Shown here piece after piece: positions 26,810 through 37,156 of a DNA stretch of 60,351 nucleotides. The DNA comes from a virus. Taxonomy: Duplodnaviria; Caudoviricetes. Under the pieces are notes generated by a model, which saw only the letters and a program-made list of their open reading frames with translations, did no database searches and had not been told where the DNA came from. Position 1 is the first letter of the stretch. Each line of letters begins with the position of its first letter. A program made the translations under genes and the position numbers. The stretch covers positions 1-60,351 of the IMG/VR virus record IMGVR_UViG_3300034121_000953. One strand, 5' to 3'.

Positions 26810-26983
26810 ATGCAAAAAGCAACCAAAACAATGATCACCTTAGTTATTGAACTTAACTATTGTCCGGAAGAAGATACACTAAAATTCTTCATTGATGATG
26901 CGTTCGATAAACTACTGCATAAGAATGAATCAGTGCAAATCGTATCAATAGACCACCTATATGAGGAACTCCCCTTAAAATGA
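26810..26983 (+). CDS. Small hypothetical protein (57 aa)
   Basis: MQKATKTMITLVIELNY...; AGGA RBS; ATGA overlap with the deaminase gene. Confidence 0.55.
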   Translation: MQKATKTMITLVIELNYCPEEDTLKFFIDDAFDKLLHKNESVQIVSIDHLYEELPLK

Positions 26984-27444
26984 AAACACAGGCAGACTGG
27001 GATACATTCTATATGAGAATGGCCGATCTAATATCCCAACAAAGCTATGCACAAGACAGAAAAGTAGGTGCCCTCATCGTAAAGAACGGTAACATCATTT
27101 CGTTCTCTTATAACGGTACTCTACCCGGACAACAAAATTGTACGGTAAATGCCTCAGGCAGAACGCTTGACAGCGTCTTACATGCAGAAACACAGGCTAT
27201 TGCCAAGGTAGCTCGATCAACTCAGAGTACTGAAGGGGCAACCCTCTACAGCACCCTAAGCCCCTGTATCGAGTGTGCCAAGCTGATAGCACAAACAGGC
27301 ATATACCGAGTTGTGTACCGAGACGTTTACAAATACACAGAAGGAATTGATTTCCTGAAAAAAGCTGATGTCCTTGTAAATGAACCGGATAACCATAACC
27401 GGCTAATATCCCCGGAAACATTAAGAAGTACAGGACTCCTCTGA
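26980..27444 (+). CDS. dCMP deaminase
   Basis: KVGALIV, YNG, HAE and SPCIECAK zinc motifs. Confidence 0.9.
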   Translation: MKTQADWDTFYMRMADLISQQSYAQDRKVGALIVKNGNIISFSYNGTLPGQQNCTVNASGRTLDSVLHAETQAIAKVARSTQSTEGATLYSTLSPCIECAKLIAQTGIYRVVYRDVYKYTEGIDFLKKADVLVNEPDNHNRLISPETLRSTGLL

Positions 27445-27908
27445 TGACAATTAAAGTTAGAGTTGCAAGCCTCCATGACTGCGAAAAAGAAATCAAAAAG
27501 ATGTTTCACAACATCTTGGCAGATTACTGTGAACGGTTTGGAGTAACCGTAACAAATACAAAAGTAAAAGAAATTATCTTTTGCCTAGTTCATTATGATG
27601 ATGCAGCAATGTCTGCTGGCCTAACCTGCTATGCCGATGATGGTGCAAAAATTCTAATTCAACTTCGAGATCCCTTTCTAAGCGATTGGGAAGGTAACCC
27701 GTATACCATGACAAAGTTTGTAGGAATTCTGGCACATGAAATAGTCCATGCTTGTCAGCATCTAACAGGTCGTAAAGGTATAAAAATAAATAATTTAAAA
27801 TATGACAAAACTAAAACTGAAGAAGCATATTTCTTTTCTCCTGACGAAATCGAAGCAAGAATCTTTGAAGATCCATATGCTTCGCTATACGGTCAAGACC
27901 TACTATGA
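27444..27908 (+). CDS. HExxH metallopeptidase-like protein
   Basis: ILAHEIVHACQ...PDEIEAR. Confidence 0.6.
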   Translation: MTIKVRVASLHDCEKEIKKMFHNILADYCERFGVTVTNTKVKEIIFCLVHYDDAAMSAGLTCYADDGAKILIQLRDPFLSDWEGNPYTMTKFVGILAHEIVHACQHLTGRKGIKINNLKYDKTKTEEAYFFSPDEIEARIFEDPYASLYGQDLL

Positions 27909-29749
27909 GTAAGCTGAGGCTAGGCTACGATCTTGAAACTAACGGGCTGATGCCTATGGTTGACACTATCTGGTGCTTAGTTGTTGTTAATGCTGATACC
28001 AATGAAGTCAGATCTTACTCAGACCACGATGAAGACCTCCCCTCACTAGATGAAGGCTTAGCATACCTGCACACAGCAGACATTATCTTCGGCCACAACG
28101 TTATTGGATATGATAATGTTGTCCTCCAAAAGCTAAAGAACTGGTATCCATTACCTACCCAAAAAGTTATTGATACATGGATTCTTTCTTTGCTGGTGCA
28201 ATACCAACGCAAACACAAGCATGGACTCGAAGGTTGGGGTACCAAACTAGGCTTCCCTAAAATTGATTGGGATGAATGGGATAAGTACACAAAGGATATG
28301 CTCAATTACTGCATCCGAGATGTAGAACTTAATGTCAAAGTGTACAAACACTTGGCAGAAGAGGCAACCAAGATCATCAAGAAACATCCTAGCTTTACTA
28401 AGGGTATGGACGTTGAAATGGAATTTGCCAAAATAGAATCTGACATCCAACATAAAGGATGGATGTTTGATATGGAAGCTGCGTGTAAACTCCTTGAAGA
28501 TCTTGAAATAAAGATGCATGCTATTGAGCATACACTTGAACCTCTCATTGGAATGAGATGCATCAAAACAGACGGACTTGAAACTAAATCTCCGGCATGG
28601 CGTAAAGATGGTTGCTATACTATTGCCACTGTAAAACACTTTGGGTATTCTCAAGAGTCAGGCAAAGAAGAACGTCCTATTGAAGGGCCATACTCTCGAA
28701 TCTCTTTTGAGCAAGGCAAAGTAGGGCAAATCGAAGTAGTAAAAGACTACCTATACAGCATTGGATGGGTACCTGATGAATGGAACTTTGAAAAGATCAA
28801 TGGAAAGTTTGTTAAAAAATCTCCCAAGATAACAGAAAGTTCCCTTGAAAAATTAGGGGGATCAGCCATCACAATCAGCGAGTACTACACACTACGCTCC
28901 AGACAAGGAGTATTAAAAGGATGGATAGAAAGTGTACAATCATCAGCAGATAAACGATTACATGGTAAAATGTGGACTATCGGGACTCCTACTTTCAGAT
29001 GTCGTCATGAGGTGGTTGCAAACATCCCTTCAATTGACTCGATCTATGGAAAAGAAATGCGATCATTACTTGTCTGCGAACAAGGAACGTCAATAGTAGG
29101 AGCTGACTCTTCAGGCAATCAGATGAGAGGCCTGTGTCACTATATCGGTAATGATACATTTACAAATGAGGTAATCAATGGAGACGTTCATCAGCGCAAC
29201 GCAGATGCTCTTGGTGTCAGTCGAAAGCTTGCCAAGCCCTTCCTTTATGCTTTTCTGTTTGGCGGCGGGGCTGGTAAACTTGGTTCTATTCTTACTGGCA
29301 ATACTGATGCTAAAGTCGGTGCCAAAGCAAAGGAGAAGTTCCAAGACTCGATTCCTGGAATGAAACAACTGACTGATAAATTAGAAGATGAATTCAAACG
29401 AACAGAAGAAATCTTCGGCAAAGAAAACGGATTTATCCGTGGCCTAGATGGTCGTATTGTATTTGTCAAGTCCAAACATCAAGTCTTAAACTACCTGCTG
29501 CAGACAGCTGAAGGTGTTACCTGCAAAGCTGCTGTAGTATATGCCAAACGTGAGCTACTCAAAAGAAAGATCCCACACTACATTGTACTACACTACCATG
29601 ATGAATTTGCTATTGTAACTCCAGATCAATACACAGAAGAAGTTGCAGAGCTTGCAGTAGAAGCCTTCACAGAAGCACCTAAATGGTTCGGCATTGAATG
29701 TATGAATGGTGCCGCACATATTGGAAAGAAATATTCAGATGTCCACTGA
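27905..29749 (+). CDS. Family A DNA polymerase (T7 gp5-like) with 3'-5' exonuclease
   Basis: YDLETNGL, GHNVIGYD, YCIRDV; GADSSGNQMR motif A, RKLAKPFLYAFLFG motif B, LNYLLQ, YHDEF motif C. Confidence 0.95.
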   Translation: MSKLRLGYDLETNGLMPMVDTIWCLVVVNADTNEVRSYSDHDEDLPSLDEGLAYLHTADIIFGHNVIGYDNVVLQKLKNWYPLPTQKVIDTWILSLLVQYQRKHKHGLEGWGTKLGFPKIDWDEWDKYTKDMLNYCIRDVELNVKVYKHLAEEATKIIKKHPSFTKGMDVEMEFAKIESDIQHKGWMFDMEAACKLLEDLEIKMHAIEHTLEPLIGMRCIKTDGLETKSPAWRKDGCYTIATVKHFGYSQESGKEERPIEGPYSRISFEQGKVGQIEVVKDYLYSIGWVPDEWNFEKINGKFVKKSPKITESSLEKLGGSAITISEYYTLRSRQGVLKGWIESVQSSADKRLHGKMWTIGTPTFRCRHEVVANIPSIDSIYGKEMRSLLVCEQGTSIVGADSSGNQMRGLCHYIGNDTFTNEVINGDVHQRNADALGVSRKLAKPFLYAFLFGGGAGKLGSILTGNTDAKVGAKAKEKFQDSIPGMKQLTDKLEDEFKRTEEIFGKENGFIRGLDGRIVFVKSKHQVLNYLLQTAEGVTCKAAVVYAKRELLKRKIPHYIVLHYHDEFAIVTPDQYTEEVAELAVEAFTEAPKWFGIECMNGAAHIGKKYSDVH

Positions 29750-30596
29750 CAATATAGAACAAGAGCACTTTGATGTAGCCATCATTGATGCTGATAGTAT
29801 CATCTATCAAATTGCATATACCCAAAAATCTCCTGCTCTTTGCCAGAAAGAAATGGATTCCAAGATTGATTCAATCATGGGCCAAACTAATGCAAGGTCA
29901 GGTGTTATTTTTATTAAAGGTAAAGGTAATTTTAGATTTAAAGTTGATCCAGAATATAAATCTCATCGTGTAGATAAAATTGAGCCTGACGTCAAAGAAC
30001 GTATTGACAGTCTATATGAATATACCCGGACTTTTGCTATGGAAGCAGTTGATGGTGAAGCAGATGACTACTGTGCTATCACAGCAAGAATGGCTGTCAC
30101 AGAAGGAAAAAGTTATATCATCTCTCACATAGACAAAGATCTTAACTGTATTCCCGGATGGCATCACAACTTTCGAACAGGTACTTTATACCAAAGCAAC
30201 AGAGCTGAATGCTATGCATGGGTTATGCAACAAATCTTGACAGGTGATTCCACAGATAACATCAAAGGTCTGGTTAAGGTTGGCCCAGTAACAGCCAAAA
30301 AGATCTTGGATGGGGTAGCCCATAGCAACATGCTTGCGCTTGTCCTAGATACATGGCAGAGCAGACAGGGTAATGAATGGGAAGAGAACTTTATCAAGTG
30401 TGCTAACAACATTTACCTCAGGGAATACTCAGATGACCTTCGCCCGTTAAACCTAAAAGAATTAAAAGAAAGATTGGCATGGAAGACTACGGACATTGGA
30501 TTGCTCTATCAGACCGACCAGAAGGAGCCTTTGGATTCATCTACTTTGTTTTCGGCCCAACAGGAAGACAATACGTCGGAAGAAAGCAACTCATAA
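29739..30596 (+). CDS. 5'-3' exonuclease (T7 gp6-like)
   Basis: IDADSI, NFR...YK, EADD, IDKDL, GDSTDNIKGLVKVGPVTA. Confidence 0.88.
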   Translation: MSTDNIEQEHFDVAIIDADSIIYQIAYTQKSPALCQKEMDSKIDSIMGQTNARSGVIFIKGKGNFRFKVDPEYKSHRVDKIEPDVKERIDSLYEYTRTFAMEAVDGEADDYCAITARMAVTEGKSYIISHIDKDLNCIPGWHHNFRTGTLYQSNRAECYAWVMQQILTGDSTDNIKGLVKVGPVTAKKILDGVAHSNMLALVLDTWQSRQGNEWEENFIKCANNIYLREYSDDLRPLNLKELKERLAWKTTDIGLLYQTDQKEPLDSSTLFSAQQEDNTSEESNS

Positions 30597-30892
30597 GTGT
30601 TACAAAGAAACTCAAACCTGGATCTAAGCGACGAATCGTTACTCGCACAGAAAGTGGATGGAGATCATATATGTCCTCCTGCCGGGAACTCCTTGATGAT
30701 ATTGAGCTGTACGGATCTGGAACATTTACTTTTGTTATATACAAATGGTGTAACGGCCCCGGAGATCTTACATATAGCGAGGTCCAAGAGCAATGGGCAG
30801 GTGAGGTCTTATCTAGAGATGAGACACCTTTCGGGGAGCGTCTTTGGTATAACGGGAACATCGGAGCCGTTAAATTTTTGAAACCAAAATGA
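30479..30892 (+). CDS. GIY-YIG-like endonuclease
   Basis: FGFIYFV...QYVGRKQ...WRSYMSS...WYNGNI; overlaps the exonuclease 3' end. Confidence 0.65.
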   Translation: MEDYGHWIALSDRPEGAFGFIYFVFGPTGRQYVGRKQLISVTKKLKPGSKRRIVTRTESGWRSYMSSCRELLDDIELYGSGTFTFVIYKWCNGPGDLTYSEVQEQWAGEVLSRDETPFGERLWYNGNIGAVKFLKPK

Positions 30893-31053
30893 ATAAAAGA
30901 AAAGAAAAACCACAAGAAAAACAAGAAGAATCCTATATTGAATTGAAATCAAACAATCGAGATGCGTTTCAAGCTAAGAAGGAAACAAAAGAACGAGCAC
31001 ACAACCGACGAAAACAATTAAGAGAGCTGCGAGAAGACCACGACTGGAATTAA
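30889..31053 (+). CDS. Small charged protein (54 aa)
   Basis: Read manually; ATGA overlap, stops 1 nt before the primase ATG. Confidence 0.5.
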   Translation: MNKRKEKPQEKQEESYIELKSNNRDAFQAKKETKERAHNRRKQLRELREDHDWN

Positions 31054-31054
31054 C

Positions 31055-32656
31055 ATGTCACAATGGATACAAACAGGCTGTTCTAAATGTGACAGCCATG
31101 ATGCATTTTCCTACAAAGAAGGCGATGAATGGGGTTACTGCTTCAGCTGTACCCGCTCATCACCGGTAGACCCTGATGCTGTAACAAGCTATACAACCAA
31201 GCAAGACTATAACATGCACTATGTAGATGAAATTGTGAGCTACACCTCACGAGGTTTTAAAGAACGCGGTATCACCAAAGTGGTAGCCGAACATTACGGA
31301 GTTAAAGTAAGCTATGATGAAGACGGTGAGATCATTAGCCATTTCTATCCTTATACTAAGGACAATGAAGTTGTGGCATATAAAGAACGTAAACTACCCA
31401 AGTCATTTGTTATCCACGGTGACTTTAAAAATGTTCAACTCTTTGGGCAAAATGTCTCACAAGGTGGGCGCAGGATTATTATTACTGAAGGCGAACTTGA
31501 TGCGCTGGCGGTAGCCCAAGCTCAGTATGATAAGTATAAACGGTTTTACCCGGCAGTAGCCCTGCCAAGTGCAGCAGCCACCAAGCTAATCCTAGATCAG
31601 CGAGAGTGGCTGCGTTCGTTTGAGGAAGTAATCCTGATGTTCGATCAAGATGAACCCGGAAAGAAAGCAACAGATATTGCTGCCAAAATTATTGGCTATG
31701 ATAAGGTTAAGATTGCAGTCTTACCCGAGAAAGATCCCTGTGATGTGCTGGTCAAGCATGGTAGTGATGCTCTGATGAAAGCTATCTTTGATGCCAAAGC
31801 ATTCAGCCCTGCTGGTGTAGTCAAGGGTGAAGACATCTGGAACCAATACAAGGAAATGCAGAATGATGTTTCTATCCCTTATCCTCAGTGCCTTGGTAGT
31901 CTTAATGACAAGCTGGGTGGTATGCGCCAAGGGGAGATTGCTCTGTTCGCCTCAGGCACAGGCTCCGGTAAGAGCACAGTAATCAAGGAGATCGTACTTG
32001 AAATCATGGACACCACAAGTGACATGGTTGGCATGGTATCCCTTGAAGAGTCTATTGGAGACACAGCCGAAAAGTTTATCAACATGGCTATGAAAAAAAC
32101 ATCGTCAGACCCATCCACAGAAGAAGAACAACGAGCTGCCTTCTTAAAAGTCTTTGCTGATGAACGTCTTGTACTGCTTGACCACCAAGGTTCTGTAAGT
32201 GATGACTCACTAATTGATAAGATTGAACACCTTGCTGTGATGGGTTGCAAGTACATCATCCTAGACCACATCACTATTGCTGTATCTGAAGGAGTCAAGG
32301 GTAAGACCGGCAATGAAGCTGTTGATGCCTTCATGTCTGACCTGCTTAAGATTGTCAAGAAGCATAACATCTGGTTAGGTGTTATCTCTCACCTGCGTAA
32401 AGGAGAAAAGCCTTTTGAAGAAGGCCACATGCCCTCTATTGATGACATCAAGGGGTCGGGCTCAATCAAACAGATTAGCTTTGACATCTTAGCTTTCTGC
32501 CGTAACATGGTTGCAGCAGATGAGGTGACTAGGAACACTATCAAGCTGAGGGTACTTAAGTGCCGTAAGACAGGCCGTACCGGTGACTGTGGTAGTGTGC
32601 GTTATAATACTACTACTGGAAGACTCCAGAAGACTGAGATGGTTGATTTCGCTTAA
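31055..32656 (+). CDS. Primase-helicase (T7 gp4-like)
   Basis: CSKC/CFSC zinc finger, TEGELDA and FDQDEPG Toprim motifs, SGTGSGKST Walker A, ILDH, IKGSGSIKQ. Confidence 0.95.
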   Translation: MSQWIQTGCSKCDSHDAFSYKEGDEWGYCFSCTRSSPVDPDAVTSYTTKQDYNMHYVDEIVSYTSRGFKERGITKVVAEHYGVKVSYDEDGEIISHFYPYTKDNEVVAYKERKLPKSFVIHGDFKNVQLFGQNVSQGGRRIIITEGELDALAVAQAQYDKYKRFYPAVALPSAAATKLILDQREWLRSFEEVILMFDQDEPGKKATDIAAKIIGYDKVKIAVLPEKDPCDVLVKHGSDALMKAIFDAKAFSPAGVVKGEDIWNQYKEMQNDVSIPYPQCLGSLNDKLGGMRQGEIALFASGTGSGKSTVIKEIVLEIMDTTSDMVGMVSLEESIGDTAEKFINMAMKKTSSDPSTEEEQRAAFLKVFADERLVLLDHQGSVSDDSLIDKIEHLAVMGCKYIILDHITIAVSEGVKGKTGNEAVDAFMSDLLKIVKKHNIWLGVISHLRKGEKPFEEGHMPSIDDIKGSGSIKQISFDILAFCRNMVAADEVTRNTIKLRVLKCRKTGRTGDCGSVRYNTTTGRLQKTEMVDFA

Positions 32657-32669
32657 CATAGGAACTTGA

Positions 32670-34880
32670 ATGAACCCCGTAGAATATTTAACTGAACGAG
32701 TAGGTGCTATTGTGCTAGACTCAGCTAAGATCTACAATCATGGATGCTTACTTATAGCCCATCACCCCGGGTGGGTGAATGATCTGGAAATGTTTGTAAG
32801 TGAAGCTTGGGATGTGCTGGCCAGATACTGCATCAGAAACAAGAATGAAACACATAGCGCCTCTGTCAAGCTAACCTTTGCCAGTAACCTTATCGGCAAA
32901 AGATTGACCAAACACCTGAGTATTGATGACAGCAATATCAAATCAACCCTGGCTCTTGGTGACCTTATGCTTGAATCATTCCTGCAAGAAGATCTTATTG
33001 ATATCTTTCGGGAGTATGACGGGTTTAAAGCACCATACATGGTCAAGATTAGATGGCATGTTAACGGCATTAAGCCAGCATTAATCGGTACTACCTTTGA
33101 GAAGCCCTTGCCTATCAAAGGTTTAATTTCCACCATAACCAAAGAACCGTACATCAAAGGATGGAACAGCAATGAAAGGTTTATTCAATACCTTGACTCA
33201 CGGTTTATTAAAGCCCTCGAAGTCTTACGCCAACAACCTTGGTGCCTTAATGAGGAAGTACTGGAAGCTGCTCGACATAACCCTCCGCAAAGTACAATTG
33301 AACTTGTGGATCCTGATGGTGAGATTATCACCCATAGCATCCACTCTGGCGTAAAGCTACCTAAAGGCACTACCCATATTGACGGTGCCAAATACCTTGG
33401 TAAGCGTGACCCCAAGCTACAACGTTTAATCTCCAAATATTATGAGTACAATCAGATCATTCGCAAAGCTGACATCATCAAACAAACAGGCTACCCTTTC
33501 TACCAAGAAATTTCCTGTGACTACCGAGGTCGTATGTACTACGCAGAATCATTCCTTGAGTTTCAGGGTAGTGATTTTGCCAGAAGCCTGTTTATGTTTG
33601 AAAATAAAAAGGTTGTCACTGAAGAAGGCTATGAATGGATGTGTATCCATGCAGCCAACTGCTACAACCAGTCTTACACTATTGATCAGCTAAACAGTAT
33701 TACTTGGCTGACAACTGACTATGCAACACATCTGGAGTCAGAAGGTCTGGATACAATATCTCTGGATAAGATGACCCTCAAAGACAGGGCAGCATGGACT
33801 TACAATAATATGGAGCTTATCACCTCCTATTCGCTGCATGGTACTATTGACAGGCAAGCTGAAAAACCCTACAGTTTTCTGGCAGTATGTAATGAAATCA
33901 TAAGCTATATCCAAGCAGAATTCAATGATCTACCTTATGAATCCGGGCTACCTATCCCAATTGATGGCAGCAATAACGGCTGGCAACATCTGGCAGCTAT
34001 GTCTAAGGACAAACATGCAGGTGAGCTGGTGTCGCTGGTACCTACCCCTATCCAAAAGGACTTCTATGTGGCTGTAGCCAAAGAACTTATCACACTGATG
34101 CCTGACTGGTTTGCCGAGAAACAAATGCCTATGAAGGCTATCCGCAAAGGTATTGCCAAACGTGGTTCAATGACCCGCGCGTATTCAGCAGGCAAACAAC
34201 GTATTGCCAAGAACATGTATGATGATTGCCATGTAGAAGGGTATACCACCAAGTACAGCATCGACGAAGATCAATGCACTCTACTTGCAGGTAACCTGAT
34301 TACAGCTATCAATACAGTATGTGATGGCCCGTTAAAGACCAGCAAGTACCTCCAAAAGATTGCAGAGCATGAGCTTAACAATGACCGTACAGTACTTGAA
34401 TGGACTACACCAAGTGGTTTCCCGGTGATATACAAGGCATACCTGCAGCATGAATTTAAACAACGAGGTACAATCAAAGGCATCAAAGGAAATAAAGATG
34501 GTAGAGTAACTCATGTTGTTAGGATTGACATTACCAATAAAGAAACTGGAGGTAAAGTTGCCTGCCGCAGATCCTTTGCCTCCGGTATAAGCCCTAACGT
34601 AGTTCACAGTTATGATGCTGCTCATATGGCAAATACAATTGTTGCTTTCAACGGTAGTTTTGCGGCTGTACATGATAGTTTCAGCTGCCATGCCTCAGAT
34701 GTACCATTCCTACAAGACACAACCAAGATAACCTTCCAAGCTCAATATGATGTGCCAAACTTCTTTGACATCCTCCAAGACAATTTAATGCAACACAAGG
34801 ATACATTCACACTACCCCAACCCAAGCTGGGCTCACTTGATCTGGCTGACTTAACCAACTCCAAATACTTTTTCTGCTAA
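32670..34880 (+). CDS. Single-subunit (T7-type) RNA polymerase
   Basis: DYRGRMY, IDGSNNGWQH (A), RKGIAKRGSMTRAY (B), WTTPSGFPV, SPNVVHSYDAAH, VHDSF (C). Confidence 0.93.
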   Translation: MNPVEYLTERVGAIVLDSAKIYNHGCLLIAHHPGWVNDLEMFVSEAWDVLARYCIRNKNETHSASVKLTFASNLIGKRLTKHLSIDDSNIKSTLALGDLMLESFLQEDLIDIFREYDGFKAPYMVKIRWHVNGIKPALIGTTFEKPLPIKGLISTITKEPYIKGWNSNERFIQYLDSRFIKALEVLRQQPWCLNEEVLEAARHNPPQSTIELVDPDGEIITHSIHSGVKLPKGTTHIDGAKYLGKRDPKLQRLISKYYEYNQIIRKADIIKQTGYPFYQEISCDYRGRMYYAESFLEFQGSDFARSLFMFENKKVVTEEGYEWMCIHAANCYNQSYTIDQLNSITWLTTDYATHLESEGLDTISLDKMTLKDRAAWTYNNMELITSYSLHGTIDRQAEKPYSFLAVCNEIISYIQAEFNDLPYESGLPIPIDGSNNGWQHLAAMSKDKHAGELVSLVPTPIQKDFYVAVAKELITLMPDWFAEKQMPMKAIRKGIAKRGSMTRAYSAGKQRIAKNMYDDCHVEGYTTKYSIDEDQCTLLAGNLITAINTVCDGPLKTSKYLQKIAEHELNNDRTVLEWTTPSGFPVIYKAYLQHEFKQRGTIKGIKGNKDGRVTHVVRIDITNKETGGKVACRRSFASGISPNVVHSYDAAHMANTIVAFNGSFAAVHDSFSCHASDVPFLQDTTKITFQAQYDVPNFFDILQDNLMQHKDTFTLPQPKLGSLDLADLTNSKYFFC

Positions 34881-34895
34881 CAAGGACAATAATAA

Positions 34896-36758
34896 ATGAA
34901 TTCATACCAAGAACTAATCGCCAAATCACGCTACGCACGGTATATCCCTGAGCTATCACGCCGGGAAAACTGGGATGAGACTGCTGATCGTTGGATTACT
35001 TTCTTTAAAGACCATTATAAAGGTAAAATTAATGATCAATGGGAAGGGTGGAATGACCTCTCTTACAGCATTAAAAACTTAAAGTCACTGCCCTCAATGC
35101 GCTCTATCATGACTGCAGGTGAGGCACTCAGGCGTACTAACGTGGCAGCATACAACTGCAGTTACCTGCCTGTAGACCACCCAAGGGCTTTTGATGAGGC
35201 TATGTACATCCTGCTATGCGGAACAGGGGTAGGCTTTTCTTGCGAAGCAGCATACGTCAATAAGCTACCTGTTGTGCCAGAGCTAGTTGGAGTGGGCAGC
35301 ACTATCCTAGTTGCAGACAGTAAGGAAGGCTGGTGTAAAGCATTCAAAGAGCTTATTATGGGATTGTATCATGGCAATATCCTATCATGGGATGTGTCGC
35401 AGGTACGTCCTGCAGGAGCACCCCTCAAAACCTTTGGTGGTCGTGCATCCGGGCCTGCACCTTTAGTTTCTTTGTTTGAGTACACAGTAGCTAAGTTTAA
35501 AGGTGCTCAAAACCGAATGCTAAAACCTATTGAAGTTCATGACATCATGTGTAAGATCGGTGAGGTAGTTGTTGTAGGTGGTGTGCGTCGATCTGCTATG
35601 ATTAGCCTCGGAGATCTAGGTGACTATGAACATGCAACAGCCAAGACAGGAGCATGGTGGGAACAGCATGGTGAACGAGCACTGTCTAACAATTCAGCCG
35701 TGTACAACTCCAAACCCTCTATTGGTGTGTTTATGAAAGAATGGAATGATATCTACAACAGTCACTCAGGTGAACGTGGTATTTTCAATCGTGAAGCATC
35801 TCAGAATCAAGCTGCCAAGTGGGGCAGACGTAGTGCTGATGTAGACTATGGTACTAACCCATGTGCTGAGATCATTCTCAAGCCATACCAGTTCTGTAAC
35901 TTGTCTACTGTGGTTGTTGAACCTGATGATACTCTGGAATCTCTGAAAAAGAAAGTGTGTATTGCTACCATCATGGGTACTATGCAATCAGACCTGACTT
36001 ACTTCCCTTACCTGCGAAACATATGGACTAAGAACACAGAAGCTGAACGATTGCTGGGTGTGTCGCTAACTGGTATCTTTGATAACAGGCTTCTTCGCCA
36101 TGAACGTGGACTGCCTGCGGTGTTAGCAGAACTTCGAGATACTGCCCGGGATACAAACAGAGTAATGGCAGAGATGCTGGGTATCAGCTGCTCAGTAGCT
36201 ATCACTGCAATCAAACCAGAAGGTACTGTATCTCAGTTGACACAGACTTCCAGTGGCATTCATGCAGGCCATGCACCATACTACATCCGTCGTATCCGTC
36301 AAGACAAGAAAGACCCATTGACTCAATTCCTCATTGATCAAGGTGTTCCCCATGAAAATTGTGTAATGAAGCCTAAAGATACTGTGGTGTTCTCTTTCCC
36401 GCAGCACTCACCGGGATTTACCCGCAAAGATATTACTGCTATTGAGCACTTAGATATCTGGCTGGCATACCAACGGCACTACTGCGAGCACAAGCCCTCA
36501 GTCACTATCTCTGTCAAGGATCATGAGTGGATGGAGGTAGGTGCATGGGTGTACAAACACTTTGATGAATGTACAGGCATCAGCTTCCTGCCTGACGATG
36601 GAGGCACATACCAACAGGCACCCTATGAAGAGTGTACCAAGGAACAATATGAGGCTATGCAGATGCCAGCTATTGATTGGTCTCTGTTCATCGAAGAACA
36701 AGACAACGTTGAAGGTGCTCAGACCCTTGCTTGTTCAGCTAATGGTTGCGAGATCTGA
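34896..36758 (+). CDS. nrdJ: Class II (B12-dependent) ribonucleotide reductase
   Basis: PSMR, YNCSY, GTGVGFS, GGVRRSA, GTNPCAEI, QFCNL, IKPEGTVSQL, C-terminal ACSANGCEI; no beta-subunit gene. Confidence 0.9.
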   Translation: MNSYQELIAKSRYARYIPELSRRENWDETADRWITFFKDHYKGKINDQWEGWNDLSYSIKNLKSLPSMRSIMTAGEALRRTNVAAYNCSYLPVDHPRAFDEAMYILLCGTGVGFSCEAAYVNKLPVVPELVGVGSTILVADSKEGWCKAFKELIMGLYHGNILSWDVSQVRPAGAPLKTFGGRASGPAPLVSLFEYTVAKFKGAQNRMLKPIEVHDIMCKIGEVVVVGGVRRSAMISLGDLGDYEHATAKTGAWWEQHGERALSNNSAVYNSKPSIGVFMKEWNDIYNSHSGERGIFNREASQNQAAKWGRRSADVDYGTNPCAEIILKPYQFCNLSTVVVEPDDTLESLKKKVCIATIMGTMQSDLTYFPYLRNIWTKNTEAERLLGVSLTGIFDNRLLRHERGLPAVLAELRDTARDTNRVMAEMLGISCSVAITAIKPEGTVSQLTQTSSGIHAGHAPYYIRRIRQDKKDPLTQFLIDQGVPHENCVMKPKDTVVFSFPQHSPGFTRKDITAIEHLDIWLAYQRHYCEHKPSVTISVKDHEWMEVGAWVYKHFDECTGISFLPDDGGTYQQAPYEECTKEQYEAMQMPAIDWSLFIEEQDNVEGAQTLACSANGCEI

Positions 36759-36759
36759 T

Positions 36760-37032
36760 ATGACAACAGTTAAAATGTTTACCACTACTACATGCGCTCC
36801 CTGCAAACAAATGAAAGCAATTATGGCTGATATTGATCACACCGGAATACACCTTGAATATCTTGACGCAAGGGACGAAACAGCAGCTGTCATAAAATAT
36901 GGCATTAAGGGTGTACCTTACTTTGTTATGGAGCAAGATGATGAAGTTGTAAGTAAACATTCAGGGTCAATGTCTGCAGACGAATACATGGACTGGATGA
37001 GCGATGGTGTCAGCTGCTTATCCCTCCGGTGA
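36760..37032 (+). CDS. Thioredoxin/glutaredoxin-like protein
   Basis: ATG at 36760; CAPC active site, YGIKGVP; directly follows the RNR gene. Confidence 0.85.
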   Translation: MTTVKMFTTTTCAPCKQMKAIMADIDHTGIHLEYLDARDETAAVIKYGIKGVPYFVMEQDDEVVSKHSGSMSADEYMDWMSDGVSCLSLR

Positions 37033-37034
37033 GC

Positions 37035-37051
37035 TAGCCGGTACCTAATAG
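37035..37051 (+). promoter_or_regulatory. Putative phage RNAP promoter for the tRNA/Dps unit
   Basis: TAGCCGGTACCTAATAG ending 4 nt before the tRNA. Confidence 0.72.
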
Positions 37052-37055
37052 GAAC

Positions 37056-37132
37056 ATGACTTTAGCTCATCTGGATAGAGCAACAGACTTCTAAGCTGTG
37101 GGTAGCTGGTTCGAATCCAGCAAGTCATACCA
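37056..37132 (+). tRNA. tRNA-Arg(UCU)
   Basis: Acceptor ATGACTT/AAGTCAT plus ACCA, D arm GCTC/GAGC, anticodon loop CTTCTAA, T arm GCTGG-TTCGAAT-CCAGC. Confidence 0.93.
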
Positions 37133-37156
37133 ACAAACAACTAAAGGAAATAAACA

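Noticed and set aside
36541-36759. N-terminal extension of thioredoxin in the ORF track
   Set aside because: Overlaps the RNR 3' end; ATG at 36760 gives a normal-length protein.
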